A stretch of 64,000 nt of DNA from Chloroflexota bacterium (GCA_919901745.1 CAKKPP010000021.1:2820-66819), one strand, 5' to 3'. Counted from the first letter of the stretch, positions 1 to 10,165 are shown. Numbers and translations: made by a program. The notes: generated by a model from the sequence alone, not told the origin.

Positions 1-81
1 CCGCTCGGCCGCGCGGTGCTCGACTTCGTCCGCGTGGTCGACAAGTCCGAGCCGGCGCCCAAGGCGGTCCTGGCTCGTTGA
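1..81 (+). CDS. 3' end of an unidentified gene running in from the left edge
   Basis: Frame 1 reads PLGRAVLDFVRVVDKSEPAPKAVLAR* with G/C-rich third positions; too short to identify. Confidence 0.35.
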   Translation, partial: PLGRAVLDFVRVVDKSEPAPKAVLAR

Positions 82-132
82 TTCGCCGGCCGGCTCGAGA
101 TCGTCGGTAACGGGGCGATAAGCGGGGCGAAC

Positions 133-138
133 TAGCCT
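133..138 (+). promoter_or_regulatory. putative -10 box (TAGCCT), leaderless-type, for comM
   Basis: TAnnnT hexamer 6 nt before GTG at 145; no Shine-Dalgarno. Confidence 0.45.
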
Positions 139-144
139 CGGGGG

Positions 145-1749
145 GTGCTGGCCTCGCTCGCGTCCGCAACGCTCCTCGGCCTCCATGGTCGAGTGATCCG
201 TGTGGAGGTCGACGTGGCACCGGGCCTGCCCGGATTGACCATCGTCGGGTTGGCCGACGCCGCTCTCCAGGAGGCTCGTGAGCGAGTCCGAGGCGCGATT
301 CGGAACGCCGGATTCGTGTTCCCGCCGCGGCGGATCACGGTGAATCTCGCCCCTGCCGACCTGCGCAAGGCCGGTGCATCGCTCGACCTTGCCATCGCGA
401 TCGGGATCCTCCTCGGGTCGGAGCAGATCCGGGCCGGACGCGCGCGACCGGCCCTCATCGGTGAGCTGTCCCTGGGCGGCGAGCTTCGCGCCGTTCCCGG
501 GACGTTGCCGATGGTGGCGGCGCTCGCCGCCGGCGGCGTGGGCGGTGTCGTGCTGGCGGCCGCGGCAGCCGACGAGGCGCGACTCGTGCCCGGTATCGCG
601 GTGATTGCCGCCGAGACGCTGGCCGACGCGGCCGCGATTGTGGCTGCGGGCAGGCGAGCTCGGCCCCTGCCGATTGCCCGCGATCGGATCGACATCGGTG
701 CAGACCCGGGAGCGCCGGCACGAAGCGGCCACGGGTCGGTATCGGCGAACGAGAAGCCCGAAGGCGCCGACGCCGTGTCCAGCGTGGCCCCGGATCTGGC
801 CGATGTGCGCGGTCAGGCGGAGGCCCGGCGCGCGCTCGAAATCGCCCTCGCCGGGGGCCACGGGCTGCTCCTGATGGGTCCGCCGGGGTCCGGAAAGACC
901 CTTCTGGCTCGAACGATCCAGGGGCTACTGCCCGAACTCGGCGACGCCGAGGCGCTGGCAGCGACGATCGTGCGCTCCGTGGCGGGCCAGGGTCCGCTGC
1001 ACGGTCTTGTCCGGGCGGCCCCGGTTCGGTCGCCTCACCACACCGCGTCGTACGCCGCGATGATCGGTGGTGGCCCGCGCCTCTCGCCGGGTGAAGTGAC
1101 CCTGGCTGATCACGGCGTGCTGTTCCTCGACGAATTGCCCGAGTTCTCGCGCGACGTGCTCGAGGCGCTTCGCCAGCCGCTCGAGGATGGCTGGGTCTCC
1201 GTCTCGCGCGTCGGCCGAACCGCAGCCTTTCCGGCACGATTCCAGCTGGTGGCCGCGATGAACCCGTGTCCGTGCGGGTGGTCGGGGGCCCTGGATCGCA
1301 GCTGTCGCTGTCGCCCGGGCGTCGCGGATCGGTATCTTGGCCGGATCTCGGGTCCCCTTCGCGATCGGATCGACCTCTGGGTCGAGATGCCCCGGGTTGC
1401 GCCCGCGGCCCTCCTCGCGAACACGGCCCCCGAGGCCTCAGCGGCCGTGCGGGCGCGCATCGCAAAGGCTCGCTCCCGTCAGGCGGCTCGGGCGCCGGGA
1501 CGGCCCAACGCCCGCGTTGGCGGGAGCGCGCTGCGGCGCGTGACCCGGCTGTCGCCGACGGCCCGGGATCGGCTCGTCGAACTCTCGGAGCGCGAACGAT
1601 TTTCGGGGCGCGGCACTGAGCGCGTGCTCCGCGTTGCGCGCACCATCGCCGATCTCGCGGAGCGGGACCCGGTAGAGATCGCCGATCTCGAGGAGGCCGC
1701 ACGGTTCCGATCGCCTGCCGATCGGGTCGTCGAACGGTTGGCAGGGTGA
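145..1749 (+). CDS. comM: YifB/ComM family Mg-chelatase-like AAA+ ATPase
   Basis: N-terminal VEVD..PGLP...VGLADAALQEARERVR and RITVNLAPADLRKAG; Walker A GPPGSGKT; GVLFLDELPEF; AAMNPCPCG; directly upstream of dprA. Confidence 0.93.
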   Translation: MLASLASATLLGLHGRVIRVEVDVAPGLPGLTIVGLADAALQEARERVRGAIRNAGFVFPPRRITVNLAPADLRKAGASLDLAIAIGILLGSEQIRAGRARPALIGELSLGGELRAVPGTLPMVAALAAGGVGGVVLAAAAADEARLVPGIAVIAAETLADAAAIVAAGRRARPLPIARDRIDIGADPGAPARSGHGSVSANEKPEGADAVSSVAPDLADVRGQAEARRALEIALAGGHGLLLMGPPGSGKTLLARTIQGLLPELGDAEALAATIVRSVAGQGPLHGLVRAAPVRSPHHTASYAAMIGGGPRLSPGEVTLADHGVLFLDELPEFSRDVLEALRQPLEDGWVSVSRVGRTAAFPARFQLVAAMNPCPCGWSGALDRSCRCRPGVADRYLGRISGPLRDRIDLWVEMPRVAPAALLANTAPEASAAVRARIAKARSRQAARAPGRPNARVGGSALRRVTRLSPTARDRLVELSERERFSGRGTERVLRVARTIADLAERDPVEIADLEEAARFRSPADRVVERLAG

Positions 1750-3023
1750 TGCTCGGAATTGGCCCAGCGGGCCCGCTGGGAGATGATCGACCGGTTCGGG
1801 AGCCGGCAGCCCGTCTCGAGGAACGTGAGGCGCTGGCGGTGCTGGTTTCGGTCGAAGGGCTCGGCCCGATGACGCTCGGGCGGCTCGTCGAGGCGGCTGG
1901 GAGCGGGCGCGCGGTTCTCGACCTCGCCCGAGGCCCCGGTGGAGCGCGCGCGGTTGCCGCGCTCTCGGCGGGCGAGGGGTGGGATGGGCGGGCGCTCGAA
2001 CCGGGCCTCGCGGCGCGGGTCGCCGCCGCCGGTTCGGACCGACATCGAATCCTGGCAGGGCTCGCCGCCGCGAACGTCGAGATCGTGACAATCGACGATC
2101 CCACCTACCCGCCCCGACTCCGCTCGATCGCGCTTCCGCCGCACGTTCTCTTCCTCCGAGGTGAGGCCGCCGCCATGACCACCCCTCGGTCCGTTGCCGT
2201 TGTGGGGACGCGTCGACCGACCCCGGCCGGTCGCACGATCGCGGGTCGTATCGCTCGGTTGCTCGTTCGCGCCGGCGCCTCGGTGGTTTCCGGGCTGGCG
2301 GTCGGCGTGGACGGTGCGGCGCACGAGGCCGCTCTCCGTGAGGGCGGCCGGACGATTGCCGTGATCGGCAGTGGGCATGCCCGGCTGTACCCGGCCGCGC
2401 ACGACCGACTCGCGGCCGCGATCGTGGACTCCGGCGGCGCGGTGGTCTCCGAATTTGCGCCCGACGTGCACGCGACCAAGGGCACATTTCCGCGGCGCAA
2501 CCGGCTGATCAGCGGCCTCAGTGAGGCGACCATCGTCGTGGAGGCACCGGCACGCAGCGGTGCCCTCACCACGGCCGCGTGGGCGCTCGAGCAGGGCCGC
2601 GGCTGCTTTCTCGTGCCGGGCGCGCTCGACGCACCGATGTCGGCCGGCTGTCTCGCCTTCCTGCGCGAGGCCAGCGCGGAGGCCCGGATCGTGGCCGGCC
2701 TCCCGGAACTGCTCGACGATCTGGGCCTTTCGGGTGCCGCCGGCCTGTCCGGGGGAGACCGGACGTCGCCGCCGTCGGTGGCCGGATCCGGGACCTGGCG
2801 TCGAAGCGGTCCCAGCCCGGAGGCGGTGCTCCAGGGACTGGACAGCACACCCCGTCGGGTGGCCGAGGCGCTCCTCGCGGGTGCCGCCACGGTCGACGAA
2901 CTGGTGGCGCTGACCTCGCTTCCGGTGGCCACGATCCTCGCCGCGATCACGCGCCTGGAGTCCGCGGATCTGGTGGCCGGGGCGTACGGGCGGTACGTGC
3001 CGACCGGCGGTTTGGCCGCGTGA
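1746..3023 (+). CDS. dprA: DNA-processing protein DprA (Smf)
   Basis: VAVVGTRRPT, VVSGLAVGVDGAAH, FPRRNRLISGLS, VVEAPARSGALTTA motifs and C-terminal winged-helix segment; GTGA overlap with comM. Confidence 0.93.
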   Translation: MMLGIGPAGPLGDDRPVREPAARLEEREALAVLVSVEGLGPMTLGRLVEAAGSGRAVLDLARGPGGARAVAALSAGEGWDGRALEPGLAARVAAAGSDRHRILAGLAAANVEIVTIDDPTYPPRLRSIALPPHVLFLRGEAAAMTTPRSVAVVGTRRPTPAGRTIAGRIARLLVRAGASVVSGLAVGVDGAAHEAALREGGRTIAVIGSGHARLYPAAHDRLAAAIVDSGGAVVSEFAPDVHATKGTFPRRNRLISGLSEATIVVEAPARSGALTTAAWALEQGRGCFLVPGALDAPMSAGCLAFLREASAEARIVAGLPELLDDLGLSGAAGLSGGDRTSPPSVAGSGTWRRSGPSPEAVLQGLDSTPRRVAEALLAGAATVDELVALTSLPVATILAAITRLESADLVAGAYGRYVPTGGLAA

Positions 3024-3156
3024 CGTGCAGGTCCGCGGCCCGCCTGGACAACATGAATCGAAGATGTGGTGCTACCCTACCGCCGACCGTCGGGTTGGCC
3101 GTCGGCCGACAGCCTCGTTGCCGTCGAACCCCAGCGAAGCCTCGGAGCCTGTCGTA

Positions 3157-4782
3157 TTGCGTCAGTTCATGATCGTCGCCAGGGCCCTGCCGGCCCTGTT
3201 CCTGGTCTACGTGTCCGTTCTCATGCGTCGTTCGATCGCCGCACGCGTGGGCCTGGCTCTCGGCGTCGGGGGCCTCATCGGGATCGGGATCCTTGGCTTG
3301 GTCCGTCCCACCGGAATCGTCGCACGGCCGCCATCCGAATCGATCGCCGTCGCGATTGCACCCGAGGCTGAGACCGTCATCGAGGTCGGCCGGTCGCCGG
3401 CGGCTCCGGTCACGATCACGTTCGGGGACAAGATGGACGTCGCCAGCGTCCGCGAGATGGTCGTCGCCACGCCGGAGACCCCGCTCGTGTTGACCTGGGA
3501 TGCCACGGCCACCCGGTTGACGATCACCCCGGCGACGTCGTGGGCGCCGTCCACCTTCCACACCATCACGGTTCACGCAGGCGCCCTGGCCGCTTCGGGT
3601 CGCCCGACCGCCTCGGACATCCGCGCCGTGTTCCTGACGCGCGCGGCCACCACGGCAGGCATCGAGCCCACGCGCAGCGTCGGCTCGGCGGTTGGCCTCG
3701 ATGCCGCGATCGCGATCTCGTTCGACCGGGCGATCGATCCGGCCACCCTCGGCGAGGGCCTGTTCATCAATCCACCGCTCGCCGGTAGTCTCGAGCGCCA
3801 GGGCCGACGAGGCGGAGCGGAGAACTGGATCTTCACCCCCGACGCCGCTCTTGCGCCGGACACGACGTACCGGATCGCCCTCGCGCGGTCGGTCCTCGAC
3901 ATCGACGGCGCGCCGCTGGCTGTCAGCGCACCCGTCGAGCTGACCACCGGTTCGACGCCGTCGGTCGTGCGGTTCCGACCACGCGATGGGACCACCAACA
4001 TCGACCGGTCGGCAACTCTGTCGGTCCGATTCACGACACCGATGGATCGAGCCTCGACCGAGGCCGGATGGTCGGCGTCGGTGGGGGATACGGCCATCAA
4101 GGGGACGCTCAGCTGGGCCGAGGAGGACACCGTGCTGGTGTTCAAGATGAACGAGGCGCTTGGCTACGGCACCAAGGTGACAATGAGCGTCGGCGCCGGA
4201 GCGACCTCTGTCGTCGGCATCCCGATCGCGGCGGCGGCCACGGCGACGTTCACGACGGTCCCAAAGCCGGCCGTGCGGGTCATCCCCAGGAGCAGTTCCG
4301 GGGGCGGTGCCGTCGGAAACGCAACCTGGGGCGCGGTCGAGACCTACTATCTGAATCTCATGAACTGCACGCGGACCGGCGGGACGGTCACCTCGAGCGG
4401 TTCCTGTTCCAGCCCCGGCGGTCGCAGCGTCGCCGCGCTGTGGATCGACGAGGGCATCTCGGCCAACGTGAGCCGCCCGTATGCCAGGAAGCTCGCCACG
4501 AACAACCTGTGCACCCACTTCAGCGGCGGCAATCCCGGCGATCGGCTGCGCGCGGCGGGCTACACGAGCTATGTGTGGGCCGAGAACCTCGGCTGCCGCT
4601 CGGGTGACCCGTACGCCGCCGTCCTCGCCTCGCACCTGTTCTTCCAGAGCGAGCGCTCGTGGAGCCCGCTGGGCGGCCATTACGTGAACCTGATGAACGC
4701 CAACTACGATCGCGTCGGGCTTGGTGTCTGGGTCTCGAGCGGCCGGGTCCGCCTCGTCATCGACTTCTACCGCCCGCTCTAG
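3157..4782 (+). CDS. membrane-anchored/secreted protein with about three bacterial Ig-like (Big_5-type) repeats and a C-terminal CAP (SCP) domain; start uncertain (TTG 3157, ATG 3169 or later)
   Basis: Hydrophobic N-terminus; repeats ITF..MD..S, ISFD..IDPAT, VRF..PMD..S; CAP motifs THFS, WAENLG, GHYVNLMN...DRVGLG. Confidence 0.78.
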   Translation: MRQFMIVARALPALFLVYVSVLMRRSIAARVGLALGVGGLIGIGILGLVRPTGIVARPPSESIAVAIAPEAETVIEVGRSPAAPVTITFGDKMDVASVREMVVATPETPLVLTWDATATRLTITPATSWAPSTFHTITVHAGALAASGRPTASDIRAVFLTRAATTAGIEPTRSVGSAVGLDAAIAISFDRAIDPATLGEGLFINPPLAGSLERQGRRGGAENWIFTPDAALAPDTTYRIALARSVLDIDGAPLAVSAPVELTTGSTPSVVRFRPRDGTTNIDRSATLSVRFTTPMDRASTEAGWSASVGDTAIKGTLSWAEEDTVLVFKMNEALGYGTKVTMSVGAGATSVVGIPIAAAATATFTTVPKPAVRVIPRSSSGGGAVGNATWGAVETYYLNLMNCTRTGGTVTSSGSCSSPGGRSVAALWIDEGISANVSRPYARKLATNNLCTHFSGGNPGDRLRAAGYTSYVWAENLGCRSGDPYAAVLASHLFFQSERSWSPLGGHYVNLMNANYDRVGLGVWVSSGRVRLVIDFYRPL

Positions 4783-4790
4783 ACGCCACG

Positions 4791-5114
4791 ATGATCCGCG
4801 ACGCGGTCATCCACCTCAACGGCGAGCAGCCGCTGCTGGCGGACCTGTTCGAGCTCCCGGCAGCGACCGATGCCGGGATGTTGTGCACGAATCTGCGGAC
4901 GATGACGCGGACAAGGCCGATCTTTATCGACCACATCGATTCCGTCTTCTTCTTTCCATACCGGAACGTGCGCTTCGTCGAAATTCGGGCCGGATCGGAC
5001 GGTGCTCCCGATGCCGAGACACCGGCCTTGACCGGAGAGGTGCCCGCCGAGGACCGCCCCGACGCCGAGCTGGAGATCGACGAGGACTTCCTCCGGCGCA
5101 TTCGCGAGGCCTGA
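4791..5114 (+). CDS. hypothetical protein (107 aa, acidic C-terminus)
   Basis: ATG 8 nt after the upstream stop; typical codon bias; MIRDAVIHLNGEQPLLADL...EIDEDFLRRIREA. Confidence 0.7.
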   Translation: MIRDAVIHLNGEQPLLADLFELPAATDAGMLCTNLRTMTRTRPIFIDHIDSVFFFPYRNVRFVEIRAGSDGAPDAETPALTGEVPAEDRPDAELEIDEDFLRRIREA

Positions 5115-5143
5115 CGCCCGCCAACGGCCGGTGAAGCACCCGG

Positions 5144-5152
5144 TGCTACACT
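5144..5152 (+). promoter_or_regulatory. extended -10 promoter (TGcTACACT), leaderless topA
   Basis: TG-n-TACACT 8 nt before ATG 5161. Confidence 0.6.
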
Positions 5153-5160
5153 CCCGCCCG

Positions 5161-7596
5161 ATGCCGAAGCACCTGGTGATCGTCGAGTCGCCGGCCAAGG
5201 CGCGCACGATCGAGCGCTATCTCGGCGACGATTACCGCGTCCTTGCCTCCTACGGGCACGTCCGCGACCTGCCGGAGAACCCCGGCAAGGGCAAGTTTGG
5301 CGTCGATGTCGACCACGACTTCGAACCCGAGTACGTGATCTCCGAGGACCGCCGGAAGCAGGTTGAGACCATCGCGCGAGAAGCGAAGCGCGCGGACACG
5401 GTCTACCTCGCGACGGACCTCGACCGTGAGGGAGAGGCGATCGCGTGGCATGTCGCCGAGGCGGCGAACGTGCCGTCGGCGAAGACGCGCCGGGTGACCT
5501 TCAACGAGATCACCGAGACGGCGATTCGCGCGGCCTTTGCCAACCCGCGCGACATCGATCGGAACCTGGTCGACGCCCAGCAGACCCGACGGATCGTCGA
5601 TCGCCTGGTCGGCTACACGCTGAGCCCGCTCCTGTCGCGCAAGGTGCGCGGTGGACTGTCGGCCGGTCGAGTCCAGTCGGTCGCCGTCCGGCTCGTCGTT
5701 GAGCGGGAGCGGGAGATCGACGCATTCTCCGCCCGCGAGTACTGGACCCTTGAAGCCACCCTGGCGACAGCGGCGGGGGACACGTTCACGGCCGATCTCG
5801 TGCGGATCGACGGGGCGGCCATCGAGGTCGCCGACGGTGCGACGGCCGAGGTGCACGCGGCGGCGCTGCGTGGGCTCCGGCCGATGGTCACCAAGCTCGG
5901 CACCCGCCCGCTCAAGCGCAGTCCGGCGGCACCGTTCACGACGTCGACGCTTCAGCAGGAGGCCAGCCGGAAGTTGGGTTTCAGCCCGAAGCGGACGATG
6001 TCGATTGCCCAGCGACTGTACGAGGGGATCGCGACGCCGGACGGCCAGGTCGGGCTCATCACCTACATGCGAACGGACTCGACGGCGATCGCCGGGATCG
6101 CCATGGGCGAGGCCCGCGAGGTCATCGGCGAGCGCTACGGTGCCCCGTACACGATGCCCAAGGGCCGGGTCTACAAGACGAAGTCCAAGGGCGCCCAGGA
6201 GGCCCACGAGTCCGTCCGTCCGACGAGCTTCAGGCGCGATCCGGACTCGCTTGCGGGGAGCCTCAAGCCGGAGGAACTCCGCCTGTACCGGCTCATCTGG
6301 CAGCGCGCCCTCGCGTCGCAGATGGCAGCGAAGGAGATGGAGACCACTACCGCGGAACTGACGGCCGGACCGTACGAGCTTCGCGCGAGCGTGACCCGGA
6401 CGCTGTTCGACGGCTTTGCCCGCGTCTACACGGAAGGTCGCGACGACGTGGCCGAGGAGGACGAGGAGGACCGTCGCCTGCCGACGCTCGCCGAAGGCGA
6501 CGAGGTCGACGTTCGATCGGTGGACCCCACCCAGCACTTCACCGAGCCACCGCCGCGATTCACCGAGGCGACCCTCATCAAGTCGCTCGAAGAGCACGGG
6601 ATCGGCCGGCCGTCGACGTACGCGGCCACGATCTCCACGATCGTCGATCGCGGCTACGTCAGGGTCGAGGAGCGCCGCCTCTTTCCCGAGCCCGTGGCCG
6701 GGATCGTGACCGACCTGCTGGTCACCCACTTCGGCGACTACGTCGATCTCGCGTTCACCGCCCGGATGGAGGAGGAGCTCGATGAGATCGCCCGCGGCGA
6801 GCGGGAGTGGATCCCGCTGCTCCGCGCGTTCTACGGACCGCTCCGGGACCGCGTCGAAGAGAAGCGGCGTGAGCTTCGGCGGAGTGACTTCACGACCGAG
6901 GAGACCGACGAGGTCTGTTCGGAAGGGCACCCGATGGTGATCCGGCTGGGACGGAACGGCCGCTTCCTCGCATGCTCGCTGTTTCCCGAGCACAAGGAGT
7001 CGCGACCGCTGCCGGGCGACGAGGCGCCGGCAATGGCCGGCGATGGCGAGCCCTGTCCCACCTGCGGAGAAGGCGTCCTCGCGACGAAGCGCGGGCGCTT
7101 CGGGCCATTCGTGGGCTGTTCGCGCTACCCCGACTGCACCTACATCAAGAAGGATGGCCCACCGCCCCCCGACCAGCTGCCGTTCGAGGTCGTCTGCCCG
7201 AAGAACGGAGACGGGCACCTGGTGGCGCGACGCGCACGGCGCACGGGAAACGTCTTCTGGGGGTGCTCGAAGTATCCCAAGTGCGACTACACGACGAATC
7301 ACGAGGCCCTCGGTGCCGTCCACGACGCGGATGGTGGACCGGTTGCCCGTCACGGCGAGGCGCTGATCTGCCTGCGCTGTGGGGCGGCGATCGATGGCGC
7401 GCCGGAATCGGTCGTGATTGGCGCCAGCCTGTCCGGTGGGCCGGCGAATGCGGCGGCCATTGCCTCACGCCCCCGGCGCGGTCGCCCGGCGTCCGGCGAA
7501 TCGCGGAGCAGGCGGACGAGCGCGGGCGCGGGCCGGGGAGGCGCCGGCGGCTCGGGGCGCCGGGCGCGGCCGGCCGGGCGCGCCGCCGACGCGTGA
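5161..7596 (+). CDS. topA: DNA topoisomerase I (type IA) with C-terminal zinc fingers
   Basis: LVIVESPAKA, ATDLDREGEAI, SAGRVQS, LITYMRTDS (catalytic Tyr), AQEAHE, GIGRPSTY; Cys-rich C-terminal repeats. Confidence 0.97.
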   Translation: MPKHLVIVESPAKARTIERYLGDDYRVLASYGHVRDLPENPGKGKFGVDVDHDFEPEYVISEDRRKQVETIAREAKRADTVYLATDLDREGEAIAWHVAEAANVPSAKTRRVTFNEITETAIRAAFANPRDIDRNLVDAQQTRRIVDRLVGYTLSPLLSRKVRGGLSAGRVQSVAVRLVVEREREIDAFSAREYWTLEATLATAAGDTFTADLVRIDGAAIEVADGATAEVHAAALRGLRPMVTKLGTRPLKRSPAAPFTTSTLQQEASRKLGFSPKRTMSIAQRLYEGIATPDGQVGLITYMRTDSTAIAGIAMGEAREVIGERYGAPYTMPKGRVYKTKSKGAQEAHESVRPTSFRRDPDSLAGSLKPEELRLYRLIWQRALASQMAAKEMETTTAELTAGPYELRASVTRTLFDGFARVYTEGRDDVAEEDEEDRRLPTLAEGDEVDVRSVDPTQHFTEPPPRFTEATLIKSLEEHGIGRPSTYAATISTIVDRGYVRVEERRLFPEPVAGIVTDLLVTHFGDYVDLAFTARMEEELDEIARGEREWIPLLRAFYGPLRDRVEEKRRELRRSDFTTEETDEVCSEGHPMVIRLGRNGRFLACSLFPEHKESRPLPGDEAPAMAGDGEPCPTCGEGVLATKRGRFGPFVGCSRYPDCTYIKKDGPPPPDQLPFEVVCPKNGDGHLVARRARRTGNVFWGCSKYPKCDYTTNHEALGAVHDADGGPVARHGEALICLRCGAAIDGAPESVVIGASLSGGPANAAAIASRPRRGRPASGESRSRRTSAGAGRGGAGGSGRRARPAGRAADA

Positions 7597-8597
7597 GCGC
7601 GGCGGACGCGACGCAGGGGACACACCCGGCCCTCGACCGCTTCCTCCTGGCACTGGCCGCACGAGACACGTCGGAGCACACGCGGCGCTCGTATCGGGCA
7701 ACGATCGCCGGATACCTCAGCTGGCTCGCCGACCGCGGCACGGACTGGCGGACCCCGGCGCGCATGGACCTGCGCGCGTATCTCGGCCGGTTGGGGGCGA
7801 CCGGAGCCCGGAGCTCCGTCGGGCAGCGGCTGGCGGCGATCCGCTCCTTCCACCGCTGGGCCGCTCGCGAGGGTCTCGCGCCGGGTGATCCGTGGGGCGC
7901 CATCGCGACACCCCGATTGCCGCGCCGGCTCCCGCGCGTTCTCGAGGTGCAGCAGGTGGAGGCCCTCCTCGCCGCGGTCGACGCCGACATCGCCGACGTC
8001 ACGAGAGTCGACGGCGTCGTGCCACGAGCCGCGATCGCCCTGCGCGATCGAGCGCTCGTCGAGGTGGCCTACGCGGCAGGCCTGCGGATCAGCGAACTGG
8101 CCGCCGCGGATCTCGGTTCGCTTGATCTCGGGAGGGCCCAGGTGACGGTCGTCGGCAAGGGCCGCAAGGAGCGCATCGGCATCCTGGGCCGGCCCGCTGT
8201 ATTGGCCCTGCGCGCCTATCTCGAGGACGGCAGGCCGGTCCTCGCGGCTCGCTCGGCGAACTCCATGCTGGAGCCCACGGCGGTCTTCCTGAATCATCGG
8301 GGAGGCCCGCTCGGCGTGCGCGGTCTGCGCTACCGTCTCGACCGACTGCGTCGGCGCGCGGGTCTCCCGCTCGGCGTATCGCCGCACACCCTGCGGCATT
8401 CGTTCGCCACCCACCTCCTCGACGGAGGCGCCGACCTGCGGGTCGTCCAGGAACTGCTCGGCCACGAGAGCCTCGCGACGACCCAGATCTACACCCATGT
8501 CTCGCCGGCACGCCTCCGAGCCGCGTACCGGGATGCGCATCCGCGAGCGCGCAGCGCACGCGAATCCGATCCGGGCGCAGGGTCACCATCGAGGTGA
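7593..8597 (+). CDS. xerC: tyrosine recombinase XerC
   Basis: GLRISEL, GKGRKER, HTLRHSFATH, LLGH, TQIYTH (R-K-H-R-H-Y intact); topA-xerC synteny; GTG 7593 overlaps the topA stop. Confidence 0.85.
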   Translation: MSAADATQGTHPALDRFLLALAARDTSEHTRRSYRATIAGYLSWLADRGTDWRTPARMDLRAYLGRLGATGARSSVGQRLAAIRSFHRWAAREGLAPGDPWGAIATPRLPRRLPRVLEVQQVEALLAAVDADIADVTRVDGVVPRAAIALRDRALVEVAYAAGLRISELAAADLGSLDLGRAQVTVVGKGRKERIGILGRPAVLALRAYLEDGRPVLAARSANSMLEPTAVFLNHRGGPLGVRGLRYRLDRLRRRAGLPLGVSPHTLRHSFATHLLDGGADLRVVQELLGHESLATTQIYTHVSPARLRAAYRDAHPRARSARESDPGAGSPSR

Positions 8598-10165
8598 CCC
8601 GCTCGAATACCCTGGCGCGTGCCGGGCTGATCGTCACCATCGCCTTCCTCGCGTCGCGCGCCCTGGGCTGGGCGCGCCTGGTCGTCATGGGCACGATCTT
8701 CGGCGCACAAGGTGAGCTCGATGCCTTCTTCGCCGCATTTCGCCTGCCCGACCTCATGTTCCAGCTAGTGGCTGCCGGGGCCCTTGGATCGGCCCTCATC
8801 CCGGTCATCACCGGCCTTCTCGCGAACAACCAGCCCGGGCGCGCCTGGCGCCTCGTCTCGACGATCGCCAACGCCATGCTTGTCGGCCTGGCGGCGCTCG
8901 CCGTCGTCCTGTTCATCGTGGCGCCAGTCGTCGTCCCGGCCATCACGCCGGGGTTCGATCCCGCCCAGGTGGAGCAAACCGTCAGCCTGACCCGGATCAT
9001 GCTCCTGAGCCCGATTCTTCTCGCGTTGGGTGCCGTCGCCACGAGCGCCTTGAATGCCACGGACCGGTTTGCAGCGGCGGCCGTCGCGCCGATCGCCTAC
9101 AACCTCGGGATCATCGGGGGAGCCGTGCTGCTTGCCCCCGCGATGGGCGTCACCGGCGTCGCCATCGGAGTCGTGGCCGGCTCGGCTGCCCATCTCGCGG
9201 TACAGCTGCTGCCACTCCGCCGGAGCGGCTTCCAGTACGCCGCCACGATTGATCTGGGCGATCCCCCGACGCGCGAGGCGATCGGCCTCATTGCTCCCCG
9301 GGCGATCGGGCTCGGTGCCAACCAGATCACGTTCATCGTGGCGACGACGCTCGCGTCCGGACTGGGTGCCGGCGCAATCACCGCGTACAACTACGCGTTT
9401 GCGATCATGCAGCTCCCGCTCGGGGTCATCGGCGTCCCGCTCGGGGTCATCGTGTTCCCGTCCATGGCACGTGAGCTCGCCAAGGGCTCCACGACGGACT
9501 ACGTGCGCCTTCTGACGCGCGCCCTTCGCCTGATCGTCTTCGTGATGGTCCCGATCATGGCCCTGGCGATGGTCCTGCGCGACTCGATCGTCACCGTCCT
9601 GTTCGGATACGGCCGATTTGACGATCGGGCCATCGCGTTGACCGCCGACACGCTGCTGTTCTTCCTCGCCGGCCTCGCCGCGCACGCATCCATTGCGATC
9701 CTGGCGCGTGCCTTCTACGCGCGACGCGACACCCGGACACCGGCACTGGCCGCGATCCTCGCCGTCGTGACGAACTCCGTCCTCGCCGTCGTCCTCGTCG
9801 GTCCGTTGGGGCTCCAGGGCCTGGCGCTCGCGATCGCCGTCGGCGCGTGGCTCGAGACGGCGGTGTTGCTCGCCGTTCTGAAGCGACGCGTTCCCGACCT
9901 CAGCCTTGCCGGGCTCGGCCGAGTCGTCGCCCAATCGGTCCTGGCCTCCTTCGTGGCGGGCGGAGCGGCCTGGCTGGCACTCCAGTGGCTGGGTGGCCTG
10001 CTCGGGCCGGAACCGAACCAGGTCCTCATTGCCCTCGAGCTGGCGATCCTCGGCGGCCTCGGGCTCGGCGCCTACCTCGGGCTCGCCGCGGTCTTGCGGA
10101 TCCCGGAGCTGCCGTCCACCATCGAGGTCATGCGTGACATCGTCCTGCGTCGGCGGTCGACATGA
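8594..10165 (+). CDS. murJ: lipid II flippase MurJ (MviN)
   Basis: SRALGWARLVV, DAFFAAFRLPD, PRAIGL, QLPLGVIG, ARAFYAR.DTRTP; many TM segments. Confidence 0.93.
   Translation: MTRSNTLARAGLIVTIAFLASRALGWARLVVMGTIFGAQGELDAFFAAFRLPDLMFQLVAAGALGSALIPVITGLLANNQPGRAWRLVSTIANAMLVGLAALAVVLFIVAPVVVPAITPGFDPAQVEQTVSLTRIMLLSPILLALGAVATSALNATDRFAAAAVAPIAYNLGIIGGAVLLAPAMGVTGVAIGVVAGSAAHLAVQLLPLRRSGFQYAATIDLGDPPTREAIGLIAPRAIGLGANQITFIVATTLASGLGAGAITAYNYAFAIMQLPLGVIGVPLGVIVFPSMARELAKGSTTDYVRLLTRALRLIVFVMVPIMALAMVLRDSIVTVLFGYGRFDDRAIALTADTLLFFLAGLAAHASIAILARAFYARRDTRTPALAAILAVVTNSVLAVVLVGPLGLQGLALAIAVGAWLETAVLLAVLKRRVPDLSLAGLGRVVAQSVLASFVAGGAAWLALQWLGGLLGPEPNQVLIALELAILGGLGLGAYLGLAAVLRIPELPSTIEVMRDIVLRRRST

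Noticed and set aside
3079-3156. Riboswitch (e.g. c-di-AMP) in the leader of the Ig/CAP gene
   Set aside because: Only short GC palindromes; I could not match conserved riboswitch motifs. An Rfam scan would settle it.
7593-8597. Tyrosine recombinase as a prophage/ICE integrase
   Set aside because: Sits in the conserved topA-xerC position, coupled to core genes, with no att sites or cargo; it is chromosomal XerC.
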